Below, in pieces: positions 16,889 to 25,968 of a stretch of 64,000 bases of DNA (within the stretch, counting starts at the first letter, position 1; every line of letters starts with the position of its first letter). A program made the position numbers and the translations under genes. This DNA is from Candidatus Pacearchaeota archaeon (lineage in GTDB: Archaea > Nanobdellota > Nanobdellia > Pacearchaeales > JAHJTO01). A model generated the notes under the pieces. That model had not been told where the DNA came from. It did no database searches and saw nothing but the letters and a program-made list of their open reading frames with translations. The stretch covers positions 142,584-206,583 of the forward strand of contig JAWCMS010000001.1 in the NCBI GenBank assembly GCA_038849525.1, in the 5' to 3' direction.

Positions 16889-17653
16889 TTAATTTTTTTT
16901 AGAATTGAACTCATTAAGACTGCTATTCGGCATCTGATTTCTTATTCTCAATAAAATGTCTAAAGTCGCTAAGTTCCTAATTTCATCAGGTATTTTTAGT
17001 ATTGTGACCTTATTATTAAGTCTTTCCTTAACTATTGGGATGCCTTTTTTTATTATTTTTTGTACATAATCACGTATACTTGACTCAGAAAGGCCTGTTT
17101 TTTCTGAAAGAGTCTTGTAAGTTATTGATTTTTGACTTTTATCGACGGTAAATAAGATTTGAAAAATATAAAATTCTTGTTTTGTTAATGACCTAAAACG
17201 CATTTTTAAGTCATTTTTTAAATTGTTTACTAGTTCTGTGATGCTTTCTGTTTGTTGTTTAGATGTGTTGAAATATGTATTTGTTTGTTGGATTTCTTTG
17301 TCTATCTGTTGGATATCTGTTGGATTTTGTGTTGGAATATATGTTGGAATTTTATTTTGCAAAGAGAATTTATCGTCGATAATTGTTGAAAATATGTTGG
17401 TTGTTGGTCTGTCTGTCTGTCTGTCTGTTGGAACCCCTTTATTTCCTATGGAAATTTGCTGTATAAAGTTCGTTTTAATTTCTTGTAATTCTTTTTTAAG
17501 TGTAATTATTTGTTCTGTTAGAGAATCTATATCTCTTTTTACTTTTTCAAAGGCTTCTTTTAGTTTTTCTTCATTCATCTTATTTTTAAATCTATGTTTA
17601 ATTAAATAATTTATTATAATAGAATGATTAGGTATAGGTATGATCTCTTTCAT
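16889..17653 (-). CDS. Coiled-coil / repeat linker / C-terminal wHTH protein (B); true start may be the internal MNEEK
   Basis: LKEAFEKVKRDI N-terminus (paralogous to A); PTDRQTDRPT linker; LTKQEF...ITYKTLSEKTGLSESSIRDYVQKIIKKGIPI HTH. Confidence 0.85.
   Translation of the reverse strand: MKEIIPIPNHSIIINYLIKHRFKNKMNEEKLKEAFEKVKRDIDSLTEQIITLKKELQEIKTNFIQQISIGNKGVPTDRQTDRPTTNIFSTIIDDKFSLQNKIPTYIPTQNPTDIQQIDKEIQQTNTYFNTSKQQTESITELVNNLKNDLKMRFRSLTKQEFYIFQILFTVDKSQKSITYKTLSEKTGLSESSIRDYVQKIIKKGIPIVKERLNNKVTILKIPDEIRNLATLDILLRIRNQMPNSSLNEFNSKKN
17286..17432. repeat. Intragenic TGTTGG(A) array and (TCTG)n tract
   Basis: TGTTGG at 17286, 17307, 17318, 17330, 17342, 17395, 17402, 17426; TCTG x5 at 17408-17427. 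Confidence 0.85.
17432..17454 (-). promoter_or_regulatory. ORB-like Orc1/Cdc6 site inside the coding sequence
   Basis: TTTCCATAGGAAATAAAGGGG; 18/21 identical to the ORB at 22900-22920. Confidence 0.7.
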
Positions 17654-17936
17654 TATAATAAATCTTTTGCTTTTCTATAGTGTTATATGCTTCAAATGCT
17701 TTTGACGAAAGTCTCCATCTCAACCTTCTTGAATAAAGAACTCCATTAGGATTTTTATTTATACTTACAACAATCTTTTGACTTTCTAGTTCTTTTAAGA
17801 CTTTTTTTGTAAACTCTTCATCCCGTATTATTTCAGATGCTATTTCTGAAGTAAACATAGGTTTAGGAGAGTTTCTATATAAAACAGCAATAATTACCTC
17901 TTTTATCTTATCTATTTTATCTTTTGAAAGTCTCAT
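17628..17936 (-). CDS. Small winged-helix protein (C)
   Basis: IIAVLY..SPKPMFTSEIASEIIRDEEF.KKVLKELE....V...RRLRWRLS. Confidence 0.8.
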   Translation of the reverse strand: MRLSKDKIDKIKEVIIAVLYRNSPKPMFTSEIASEIIRDEEFTKKVLKELESQKIVVSINKNPNGVLYSRRLRWRLSSKAFEAYNTIEKQKIYYNERDHTYT

Positions 17937-18052
17937 AAAAATAATTATGTAAACAGGGTTTATTAAATATTCGGTATACGGAAAAAATAATTTTATTTAT
18001 TTTTACTATCAAAAGTTAAGTTTTTAAATAGTTTAATAAATTGATAAAAACC

Positions 18053-20650
18053 ATGGAAATAGCTGTAAGAAAAAGCGAACAAGAATTATTAAATATTCTT
18101 GATCCTTTAGTAAGAGAGTGGTTTTTTTCTCACTTTAAAGAATTTTCAGAACCGCAACTCTATGGAGTAGTGCCTATCTATGAAAGGAAAAATATACTTA
18201 TCTCTGCTCCTACTGGAGGAACTAAAACTTTGACTGCTTTTCTTTCTATAATAAATTATCTTGTTATTTTGGCAAAAAAAAATGAACTTGAAGATAAGGT
18301 TTATTGTATTTATACAAGCCCGCTTAAAGCTTTGGCAAATGACATTCTTGTTAATCTAATTAATCCTCTAAAAGAAATAAATGAAATAGCCAAGAAAAAA
18401 GGGATTATGCTGCAAGAAATAAGAGTTTCTGTAAGAACAGGAGACACAACAATAGATGAAAGACAGAAGATGCTTAAGAAGGTACCACATATTCTTATAA
18501 CAACCCCCGAAACATTAGCAATAATATTAAATTCAATAAAACTTATTGAAAAGCTATCTAATGTTGAGTTTCTTATTGTTGATGAAATTCATGCTCTAGC
18601 AAGTAACAAAAGGGGTGTTCATTTATCACTAAGTATTGAAAGACTTAATGAGTTATCAATGATAAAACCGGTAAGAATAGGATTATCCGCAACTATAGCT
18701 CCTTTGAAAGATATTGCTAGTTATCTTGTAGGGTATGAAAATGGAAAACAAAGAGAGTGTTTAATTGCAGATATACATTCAACAAAAAAAATTGATTTGA
18801 AAGTTATAACCCCTGTTGAAGACTTGATAGATTCGCCAACTATAGAACAACAAAAAGGATTATATGAGCTACTTGATAAATTAATACAAGAACACAAAAC
18901 AACATTGATATTTACAAATACAAGAAGTGCTACTGAAAGGGTTATTAATCATTTAAAAGAGAGGTTTCCATCTAAATATATTGATAATATAGGGGCGCAT
19001 CACTCTTCTTTAAGTAAAGAATTTAGGTTCAAAATTGAAGAAAAGCTTAGAAAAGGAGAATTAAAGGTTGTTGTTACTTCAACAAGTTTAGAGCTAGGAA
19101 TAGACATAGGGTATATTGATTTAGTCATAATGCTTGGAAGCCCTAAAAGTGTAGCAAGAGCATTACAGAGAACGGGAAGAGCAGGACATAGATTACATGA
19201 AGTAAGTAAAGGAAGATTTGTTGTTCTTGATAGAGATGATTTGGTTGAATGTGCAGTAATGTTAAAAGAAGCAAAAGAAAATAAGATTGATAGTGTTCAA
19301 ATTCCAAAAAATTGCCTTGATGTTTTAAGTCAGCAGATTTATGGAATGGCAATATCAAAGGTTTGGCATGTAGGTGATATGTTAAGATTAATAAGACAAA
19401 GTTATTGCTATCATGATCTCAAAACAGAAGACTTCTATTCTGTTATTTCTTATCTCAGTGGAGAGTACGCTTTAAATGCAAGAAATGTATATGCAAAAAT
19501 ATGGTTCGACAGCAAGACCGGTATGATAGGTAAAAAAGGAAAACTTGCAAGAGCAATTTATATGACAAATGTAGGAACTATACCTGAAGAAAGTTTTGTA
19601 AATGTTATAATACAATTGCCTGTTGAAAAAAGAGATATGAAAATAGGGGTAATAGATGAGGGTTTTTTGGAAAGACTGAAAAGAGGAGATGTTTTTGTTC
19701 TTGGAGGGCATAAATACGAGTTTCTTTATGCTAAGGGTATGAACGCTTATGTAAATGCATCTGTATCAAAATCACCAAACATCCCTTCATGGTTCTCTGA
19801 GATGCTACCTTTATCCTTTGATCTTGCAATGGCTGAGCAAAGGTTTAGAAAACTGGTTGCAGAAAAATTTGAAATAAAAAAACCAGCAAATGAAATAATA
19901 AAATTTATTTCTAACTATCTTTATGTTGATGAAAAAACTGCCGAAATAATTTATTCTTATTTTTATGAGCAGTTTAGATATAGCAAGATACCACATCTTG
20001 AAAGATTATTAATAGAGTATTGGAATGATGGGAGGAAAAATTATGCTATATTCCACAGTTTATTTGGGAGGAGAATCAATGATGCTTTATCTAGAGCTTT
20101 GGCTTATGTTGTTGGAAGATTTGGGGGGAGAGATATAGAAATTGGAATAAATGATAATGGCTTTTATCTTGCTTCTCAGACAGAGATGCAGGTTGAAAGA
20201 GCAATCCATGAAATTAATAGTAAAAATCTGCGAGATATATTAGAAGAAGCTATTTCAAAGACAGAAGTCTTTAAGAGAAGATTTAGACATTGTGCCACAA
20301 GAGCACTAATGTTGCTAAGGAATTATAAAGGACATAGAAAAAGTGTTGGAAAACAGCAGATGTCTAGTCACTTTTTACTTACGGCAAGTCAAAAAGCATC
20401 GGCAGATTTTCCTATTTTAAAGGAGACTAAAAGAGAAATAATGAATGATTTAATGGATTTGGAAAATGCAAAATTAGTATTGGATTTGATAAAGGAAGGA
20501 AAGATAAAGATTGAAATATTAAACAAAGAATTGCCTTCTCCTTTTTCTCTTGGGTTAATAATACAAGGACATACAGATTTGATGAGAATAGAAGATAAAA
20601 TAGAATTTTTAAAAAGAATGCATAAAGAAATAATAAAAAAGATAGAGTAA
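18053..20650 (+). CDS. lhr: Lhr-family ATP-dependent SF2 helicase
   Basis: APTGGTKT, DEIH, GLSAT, FTNTR, HHSSL, SLELGIDIG, QRTGRAGH; PSPF C-terminal motif. Confidence 0.95.
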   Translation: MEIAVRKSEQELLNILDPLVREWFFSHFKEFSEPQLYGVVPIYERKNILISAPTGGTKTLTAFLSIINYLVILAKKNELEDKVYCIYTSPLKALANDILVNLINPLKEINEIAKKKGIMLQEIRVSVRTGDTTIDERQKMLKKVPHILITTPETLAIILNSIKLIEKLSNVEFLIVDEIHALASNKRGVHLSLSIERLNELSMIKPVRIGLSATIAPLKDIASYLVGYENGKQRECLIADIHSTKKIDLKVITPVEDLIDSPTIEQQKGLYELLDKLIQEHKTTLIFTNTRSATERVINHLKERFPSKYIDNIGAHHSSLSKEFRFKIEEKLRKGELKVVVTSTSLELGIDIGYIDLVIMLGSPKSVARALQRTGRAGHRLHEVSKGRFVVLDRDDLVECAVMLKEAKENKIDSVQIPKNCLDVLSQQIYGMAISKVWHVGDMLRLIRQSYCYHDLKTEDFYSVISYLSGEYALNARNVYAKIWFDSKTGMIGKKGKLARAIYMTNVGTIPEESFVNVIIQLPVEKRDMKIGVIDEGFLERLKRGDVFVLGGHKYEFLYAKGMNAYVNASVSKSPNIPSWFSEMLPLSFDLAMAEQRFRKLVAEKFEIKKPANEIIKFISNYLYVDEKTAEIIYSYFYEQFRYSKIPHLERLLIEYWNDGRKNYAIFHSLFGRRINDALSRALAYVVGRFGGRDIEIGINDNGFYLASQTEMQVERAIHEINSKNLRDILEEAISKTEVFKRRFRHCATRALMLLRNYKGHRKSVGKQQMSSHFLLTASQKASADFPILKETKREIMNDLMDLENAKLVLDLIKEGKIKIEILNKELPSPFSLGLIIQGHTDLMRIEDKIEFLKRMHKEIIKKIE

Positions 20651-20661
20651 AAAATAAAAAA

Positions 20662-21381
20662 ATGAAAATTTTAAATGATATCGAAATTGTTGATAAGTGT
20701 CTTTTAATAAAGAAAAGAATTCTTGTAATAGCAGATTTACACATTGGTTATGAAGAAGCATTGAATAAACAAGGTATTTTTGTTCCGAGAATGCAATTTA
20801 AAGAAACAAAAAAAGAGATTAATAAAGTATTTAAAAAACTAAATAGAAAAAAAATAGAGAATATAATTATAAATGGTGATTTGAAGCATGAGTTTGGTGA
20901 AATTTCAACACAGGAATGGTTTGAAACATATGAAATTCTTAACATCTTTGAAAAACATTGTAAGAAAATTATTTTGGTAAAAGGAAATCATGATACAATC
21001 TTAAAACCGATAGCAAAGAGGAAGGGATTAAAGATAGAAAAAAAGTATATTATTGATAATGAAATAGCAATAATTCATGGTGATGAAATTATTGAAGATA
21101 AAGAAATTAATAAATGTAAAATATTAATTATTGCTCATGAACATCCTGCAATTTCACTATATGAAGAACCGAAAAGTGAAAAATATAAATGTTTTTTACT
21201 TGGTAATTTCAGAAATAAAAAGTTAGTTGTTATGCCTTCATTTCTTCCAATTATTGAAGGAACTGATGTAAGAAAAGAAGAACTTCTTTCTCCTTACCTT
21301 AAAAGAGATATTGGAAACTTTAAAGTTTTTATTGTAGGAGATAAAACATATAAGTTTGGAAAATTGAAAAATATAGGATAA
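20662..21381 (+). CDS. Lhr-associated metallophosphoesterase
   Basis: ADLHIG, NGDLKH, GNHD, HGD, HEHP, MPSF. Confidence 0.92.
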   Translation: MKILNDIEIVDKCLLIKKRILVIADLHIGYEEALNKQGIFVPRMQFKETKKEINKVFKKLNRKKIENIIINGDLKHEFGEISTQEWFETYEILNIFEKHCKKIILVKGNHDTILKPIAKRKGLKIEKKYIIDNEIAIIHGDEIIEDKEINKCKILIIAHEHPAISLYEEPKSEKYKCFLLGNFRNKKLVVMPSFLPIIEGTDVRKEELLSPYLKRDIGNFKVFIVGDKTYKFGKLKNIG

Positions 21382-21431
21382 ATTTGATGTTTAAACAATA
21401 AGTATTTAATTAATTTTTATTTTATTTTTTA

Positions 21432-21513
21432 GGCAGGTTGCCAGAATGGTAATGGGATGGTCTCGAAAACCATTGTCCGCAAGGACTTACAGGTTCAAAT
21501 CCTGTACCTGCCG
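21432..21513 (+). tRNA. tRNA-Ser(CGA)
   Basis: GGCAGGT/ACCTGCC acceptor, G73, ATGGT-CT-CGA-AA-ACCAT, variable arm GTCC-GCAA-GGAC. Confidence 0.95.
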
Positions 21514-21548
21514 CTTAAATTTTTAAATTGTGATATATTAGAAAGAAT

Positions 21549-21980
21549 ATGAAAACAAGAAAAGGAATCGTAGCGATAATTTTTGTGAGGAATAAAGAAA
21601 AGAAATATTTACTTCTAAGAAGAAAAATGTATTGGATTGGTTGGGAGTGGCTTAAAGGTGGAAGAAAAAAAGGGGAAAAAGAAATTGAATGTTTAAAAAG
21701 AGAAATAAAAGAAGAGACTGGAAAAAATGTTGAAGAGTATATTGTTAAAAAAACTAATTATATTTTTTCTTTTAAATATGAAAGACCGTTTGTTCATGAT
21801 AAAGAGTTATGGAGGGGGGCAAAAAACAGAGTATATTTAGTTGAATTTAATAATAAAAAGATAAAACTTGATAAGGATGAGCATTCTTCTTTTAGATGGG
21901 TAACAAGAAAAAAAGCCTTAAAAATGATAACGTGGGATGATCAAAGAAAGGTATTTGAAAAGTTAACAAAAAATCTCTAA
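21549..21980 (+). CDS. NUDIX hydrolase
   Basis: GGRKKGEKEIECLKREIKEETG Nudix box; EHSSFRW. Confidence 0.92.
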   Translation: MKTRKGIVAIIFVRNKEKKYLLLRRKMYWIGWEWLKGGRKKGEKEIECLKREIKEETGKNVEEYIVKKTNYIFSFKYERPFVHDKELWRGAKNRVYLVEFNNKKIKLDKDEHSSFRWVTRKKALKMITWDDQRKVFEKLTKNL

Positions 21981-21987
21981 AATTAAT

Positions 21988-22428
21988 TTAACCTGTATAA
22001 GTTGAGGATTTCGATGTTTTTTCTTCTTCTGGCCTTATTATTGGGAGTCTTAGATGAGGGGGTAAATTGAAGTCTTCTTCTAGTTCAAGAGCTTTAATAT
22101 TGCATTTATGAAAAATAGTATTAAATACACGAAGTTTTATATCAGATTCTAAAATCTTTTTCTTTTTCCATTCTTCAAGAATGCCTTTTGCTTCTTTTGG
22201 TTCGGCCATAACAAGAATAAATCCTCTAAAAAGCAATTCTGCAAGTTCTGGTTCGTAATTTATAGAATATTCAAAATCAAATTTCAGAACATCTTTATTC
22301 TCAACAAGCTTTATTTTTTCTTCTTTGACATCTTTTATATCAATCTTAGAAGAAACCTGAAATTTTCCTTTCATATCGTTTTTTCTATCAATTAAAATCT
22401 TTGTTAATGTAAATCCTACTATTTGCAT
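21988..22428 (-). CDS. Conserved archaeal hypothetical protein (SecB-like fold suspected)
   Basis: IVGF.LTKI...F.FEYSINYEP...G.I...LPPH pattern. Confidence 0.6.
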   Translation of the reverse strand: MQIVGFTLTKILIDRKNDMKGKFQVSSKIDIKDVKEEKIKLVENKDVLKFDFEYSINYEPELAELLFRGFILVMAEPKEAKGILEEWKKKKILESDIKLRVFNTIFHKCNIKALELEEDFNLPPHLRLPIIRPEEEKTSKSSTYTG

Positions 22429-22493
22429 AAATATAATGATAAAAGAACATTTTTAAATGTTTTTGAAGTTTATAATATAATAAAAATTTAGAA

Positions 22494-22754
22494 TTATGCT
22501 AAATCTTCTTCACTTACAACTACAAAATCACCTATTGCTATAATTGCACTATAAGGAATAAGTAAATCATTATCTTTTGTTTTTTCTAACCCTAAAGAGA
22601 GAGCATAAGCTGTAGGTTGTGTAAGCATTAGATGTATTAATTCACCAGTTTTTATTTCAAAAGTAATATCTTTTACTACACCAAGCCTCCTACCTTCTTT
22701 TGTTACTACGCTTTTAGTAAGAATTTCTTTAAGAGGCTTTTTTTCTAATGCCAT
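22494..22754 (-). CDS. PRC-barrel protein (CdpB-like)
   Basis: VVTKEGRRLGVVKDITFEIKTGEL...IPYSAIIAIGDFVVV. Confidence 0.88.
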   Translation of the reverse strand: MALEKKPLKEILTKSVVTKEGRRLGVVKDITFEIKTGELIHLMLTQPTAYALSLGLEKTKDNDLLIPYSAIIAIGDFVVVSEEDLA

Positions 22755-22896
22755 ATTCTTTTATAAGTTAATTAATTTATAAATGTTTCTATTTTATAAT
22801 GACTTTTTTATAATAAAGTAGTAAGAGCTTTAAAATTTAAATTTATGTTTAATTTGATATCTAAAATAATTTTAAAAATTCGTTTAATTTTTTAAG

Positions 22897-23130
22897 TGTC
22901 CCCTTCATTGCTTATGGAAATATAAAAAAATTTAAAAAGATTGTCAAAAATTTTATTTTCTTTTTTTATTTAATTTATAAATTTTTATATATTTTTATAT
23001 TATATATTATAAATATATTTTTCTAATATATTTTTTAAAAATAAATTATCTTATAAAATAAATAAATATTTTTAAATTTTGTTTCCAATGGAAATATAGG
23101 TCTGTATTATTATTTTTCATTTGAAATATA
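22897..23130. other. Replication origin oriC: inverted ORBs flanking an AT-rich DUE
   Basis: ORB TTTCCATAAGCAATGAAGGGG (minus, 22900-22920); GTTTCCAATGGAAATATAGG (plus, 23081-23100); degenerate copy 23114-23130; almost pure A/T between; directly upstream of cdc6. Confidence 0.85.
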
Positions 23131-23241
23131 TTTATAAAAGGAGCTTTTTTTAAAAAATAACAAAAAATGTAAAAGGAGGCAAAAGAGGCTAAGGATTTAA
23201 TAAATTTTATAATTTATTTTTAAGATAGCCTTTTGTTTTTC

Positions 23242-24447
23242 ATGTCAATAAAATTAGACAAAATTTTTGATTCTTTTACTAAGGAAAGTATATTTAAAAA
23301 TAAATTTATTCTTCAATCAAATTATGTACCAGAAGCAATACAACATAGAGATAAACAAATAAAACAAGTTGCATCAATACTTGCACCTTGTCTTAGATTA
23401 GAAAGGCCTAGTAATCTTTTTATTTATGGTAAAACAGGTACTGGCAAAACAATTTCAATAACTTTTGTTAAAAATGAACTGTTGAAAAGAGCACAAGAGC
23501 AAGATATTCCGTTAACAATAGAGTATATAAATTGTAAACTAAAAAAAGTTGCGGATACAGAATATAGAATTTTAGCAGAACTTATTAAAAAACTCGGTGG
23601 AAATGTTCCATCTACAGGACTCCCTACAGATCAAGTATACCAAAAATTTATTGAAATTGTGGATTCAAAAAAACAATTATTAATTATTATACTTGATGAA
23701 ATAGATCAAGCAGTTAAGAAAATAGATGATAATTTTCTTTATAATCTTACAAGACTAAATTCAGAGCTTACTAAAGCCCAAATGTCAATTATAGGGATAA
23801 GTAATGATGTGAGATTTCTTGATTATATTGATCCAAGAATAAAAAGTAGCTTATCAGAGGAAGAACTTGTTTTTCCACCATATAATGCTTTACAATTAAA
23901 AGATATTTTAAAAGAAAGAGCAATAAAAGCATTTAAAGAAAATGTAATTGGAGAAGGAGTTATAGAAAAATGTGCTGCATATGCTGCACGTGAACATGGT
24001 GATGCAAGAAGGGCATTAGATTTATTAAGAATAGCTGGAGAGCTAGCAGAAAGAGATGGAAAAAATATTGTTTTATTAGAATATATAGACAAGGCAAATG
24101 AAAAAATAGAACGTGATAAAATTTTTGATGTTGTTGCAACACAACCAAAACAATTTCAGCTTGTTCTTATGGCTATTATAATTTCAGAAGAAAAAAAAAT
24201 GGAACAAATTTTTACTGGTGACATCTATAATATTTATCAAGCTTTATGTAATAAAACCTCTACTGAACCACTAACACAAAGAAGAATAGGGGATATTATT
24301 GCAGAATTTGATATGCTTGGGATAATAAACGCAAGAGTAGTAAGCAAAGGCAGATATGGAAGGACAAGGGAAATTAAACTTGCAATTCCATCTACCATTC
24401 TTGACAAAATAAAAGAAATGATAAAAGATTCTTTAGGTTTAAAATGA
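23242..24447 (+). CDS. cdc6: Orc1/Cdc6 replication initiator
   Basis: GKTGTGKT, ILDEID, FPPYNA.QL, HGDARRALDLLR, SKGRYGRTR wHTH. Confidence 0.97.
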   Translation: MSIKLDKIFDSFTKESIFKNKFILQSNYVPEAIQHRDKQIKQVASILAPCLRLERPSNLFIYGKTGTGKTISITFVKNELLKRAQEQDIPLTIEYINCKLKKVADTEYRILAELIKKLGGNVPSTGLPTDQVYQKFIEIVDSKKQLLIIILDEIDQAVKKIDDNFLYNLTRLNSELTKAQMSIIGISNDVRFLDYIDPRIKSSLSEEELVFPPYNALQLKDILKERAIKAFKENVIGEGVIEKCAAYAAREHGDARRALDLLRIAGELAERDGKNIVLLEYIDKANEKIERDKIFDVVATQPKQFQLVLMAIIISEEKKMEQIFTGDIYNIYQALCNKTSTEPLTQRRIGDIIAEFDMLGIINARVVSKGRYGRTREIKLAIPSTILDKIKEMIKDSLGLK

Positions 24448-25961
24448 GTATTATTAAAGCCTTTTTACAAGAAGGAATCCTTATAGAACCATCACTTTTA
24501 GAATTTTTTAAAACAAATCAAATAAGTTATAATCTCATTGATGTTATAAAGAGTCTTAATATAAGTTTTTTATCAAAAGATGTATTATTTCAAAATAATG
24601 AAAAAATAAAATTCTTTTTAGAGAGTATTAAACATGGAAAAAATGATGAAGAAAAAGCGTTGATAGAAAAAACAATTGAGTGTTTGTCTATTTTCAAAAA
24701 AGAAATAAAAAATGAAACAAAAGAAAATAAAATTAAATTTAAAATTCTTGAATCATGGAAAATTCCAAGTAGAAAAATAAATGTTGATGATTTTGTAAAA
24801 TATTTCAAAAATAGACTTGTTATATTAAAAACTGCTCTACAAGAAAGAGCTGAACTTGTAAATTTAACTGCAATAAATAAAATATCAAATCAAAAACAAA
24901 ATAATATAAGTATTATTGGAATCGTATATGAAAAGATAATTACAAAAAATAAAAATATAATTTTAGAGATAGAAGATTTTACTGGAAGAATTTCTGTTCT
25001 TGTAAATTTTAATAAGGAAGATGTTTATAAAAAAGCTGAAAAGGTACTGCTTGATGATGTTATTGGTATAAAAGGAAGTGGAAATTCCGAACTTTTATTT
25101 GCAAACGATATCTTTTTTCCAGATGCATTTATACCAAAGAAAGAGGGTGATAAAGAAGATTTTGCCGCTTTTATTTCAGATATTCATATAGGTTCAAGTA
25201 TGTTTTTGGAGGATGAATTTTTAAGATTTATTAATTGGTTAAACTTAGAAAAAGGGAGCGATGAACAAAAAGAGATAGCTAAAAAGGTAAAATATCTTTT
25301 TATAGTAGGAGACACAGTAGATGGTGTAGGAGTTTATCCAGGTCAAGAAGATTTATTAAAAATTAAAGATGTAAAAGAACAATATATGAAATTAGCAGAG
25401 TTTTTAAATAATATAAGAAAAGATATTACAATTTTTATGATTCCTGGACAACATGATGCTGTAAGAATTGCAGAGCCACAACCTCCAATAGATGAAGATT
25501 ACGCTCCAGAACTTTATAAAATAAATAATCTTGTTTTATTAAGCAACCCTTCTATGGTAGAAGTTTGTGGAAGAAAAATTTTACTTTATCACGGTGCAAG
25601 TTTTCATAATATTATAGATGGCATTGAAGAATTAAGACTTGCAAATGCACATAACAATCCTTCTAAAGTGATTAAAACAATTTTAAACAAAAGACATTTA
25701 GCACCAACACACGCATCAACAGTATATATTCCTACTAAAGATACAGACCCGTTAGCAATAAGAGAAGTACCTGATGTTATTGCAACAGGAGAGCTACATA
25801 AAGTAGATATTGGTTTTTATAACAATATTAGAATAATAGCTTCTTCATGTTGGCAATCTCAAACACCCTTTGAAGAAAAAGTTGGCAATTTATCTGAACC
25901 ATGTAAGGTTCCTATTTTGAATTTAAAAAATAATTCAGTAAAAATAATGGATTTTTCATAA
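24444..25961 (+). CDS. polB: DNA polymerase D small subunit DP1
   Basis: OB fold; SDIHIGS, GDTVDGVGVYPGQ, PGQHD, YHG, RHLAPTH, SCWQSQT. Confidence 0.95.
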   Translation: MSIIKAFLQEGILIEPSLLEFFKTNQISYNLIDVIKSLNISFLSKDVLFQNNEKIKFFLESIKHGKNDEEKALIEKTIECLSIFKKEIKNETKENKIKFKILESWKIPSRKINVDDFVKYFKNRLVILKTALQERAELVNLTAINKISNQKQNNISIIGIVYEKIITKNKNIILEIEDFTGRISVLVNFNKEDVYKKAEKVLLDDVIGIKGSGNSELLFANDIFFPDAFIPKKEGDKEDFAAFISDIHIGSSMFLEDEFLRFINWLNLEKGSDEQKEIAKKVKYLFIVGDTVDGVGVYPGQEDLLKIKDVKEQYMKLAEFLNNIRKDITIFMIPGQHDAVRIAEPQPPIDEDYAPELYKINNLVLLSNPSMVEVCGRKILLYHGASFHNIIDGIEELRLANAHNNPSKVIKTILNKRHLAPTHASTVYIPTKDTDPLAIREVPDVIATGELHKVDIGFYNNIRIIASSCWQSQTPFEEKVGNLSEPCKVPILNLKNNSVKIMDFS

Positions 25962-25968
25962 TAAAAAC

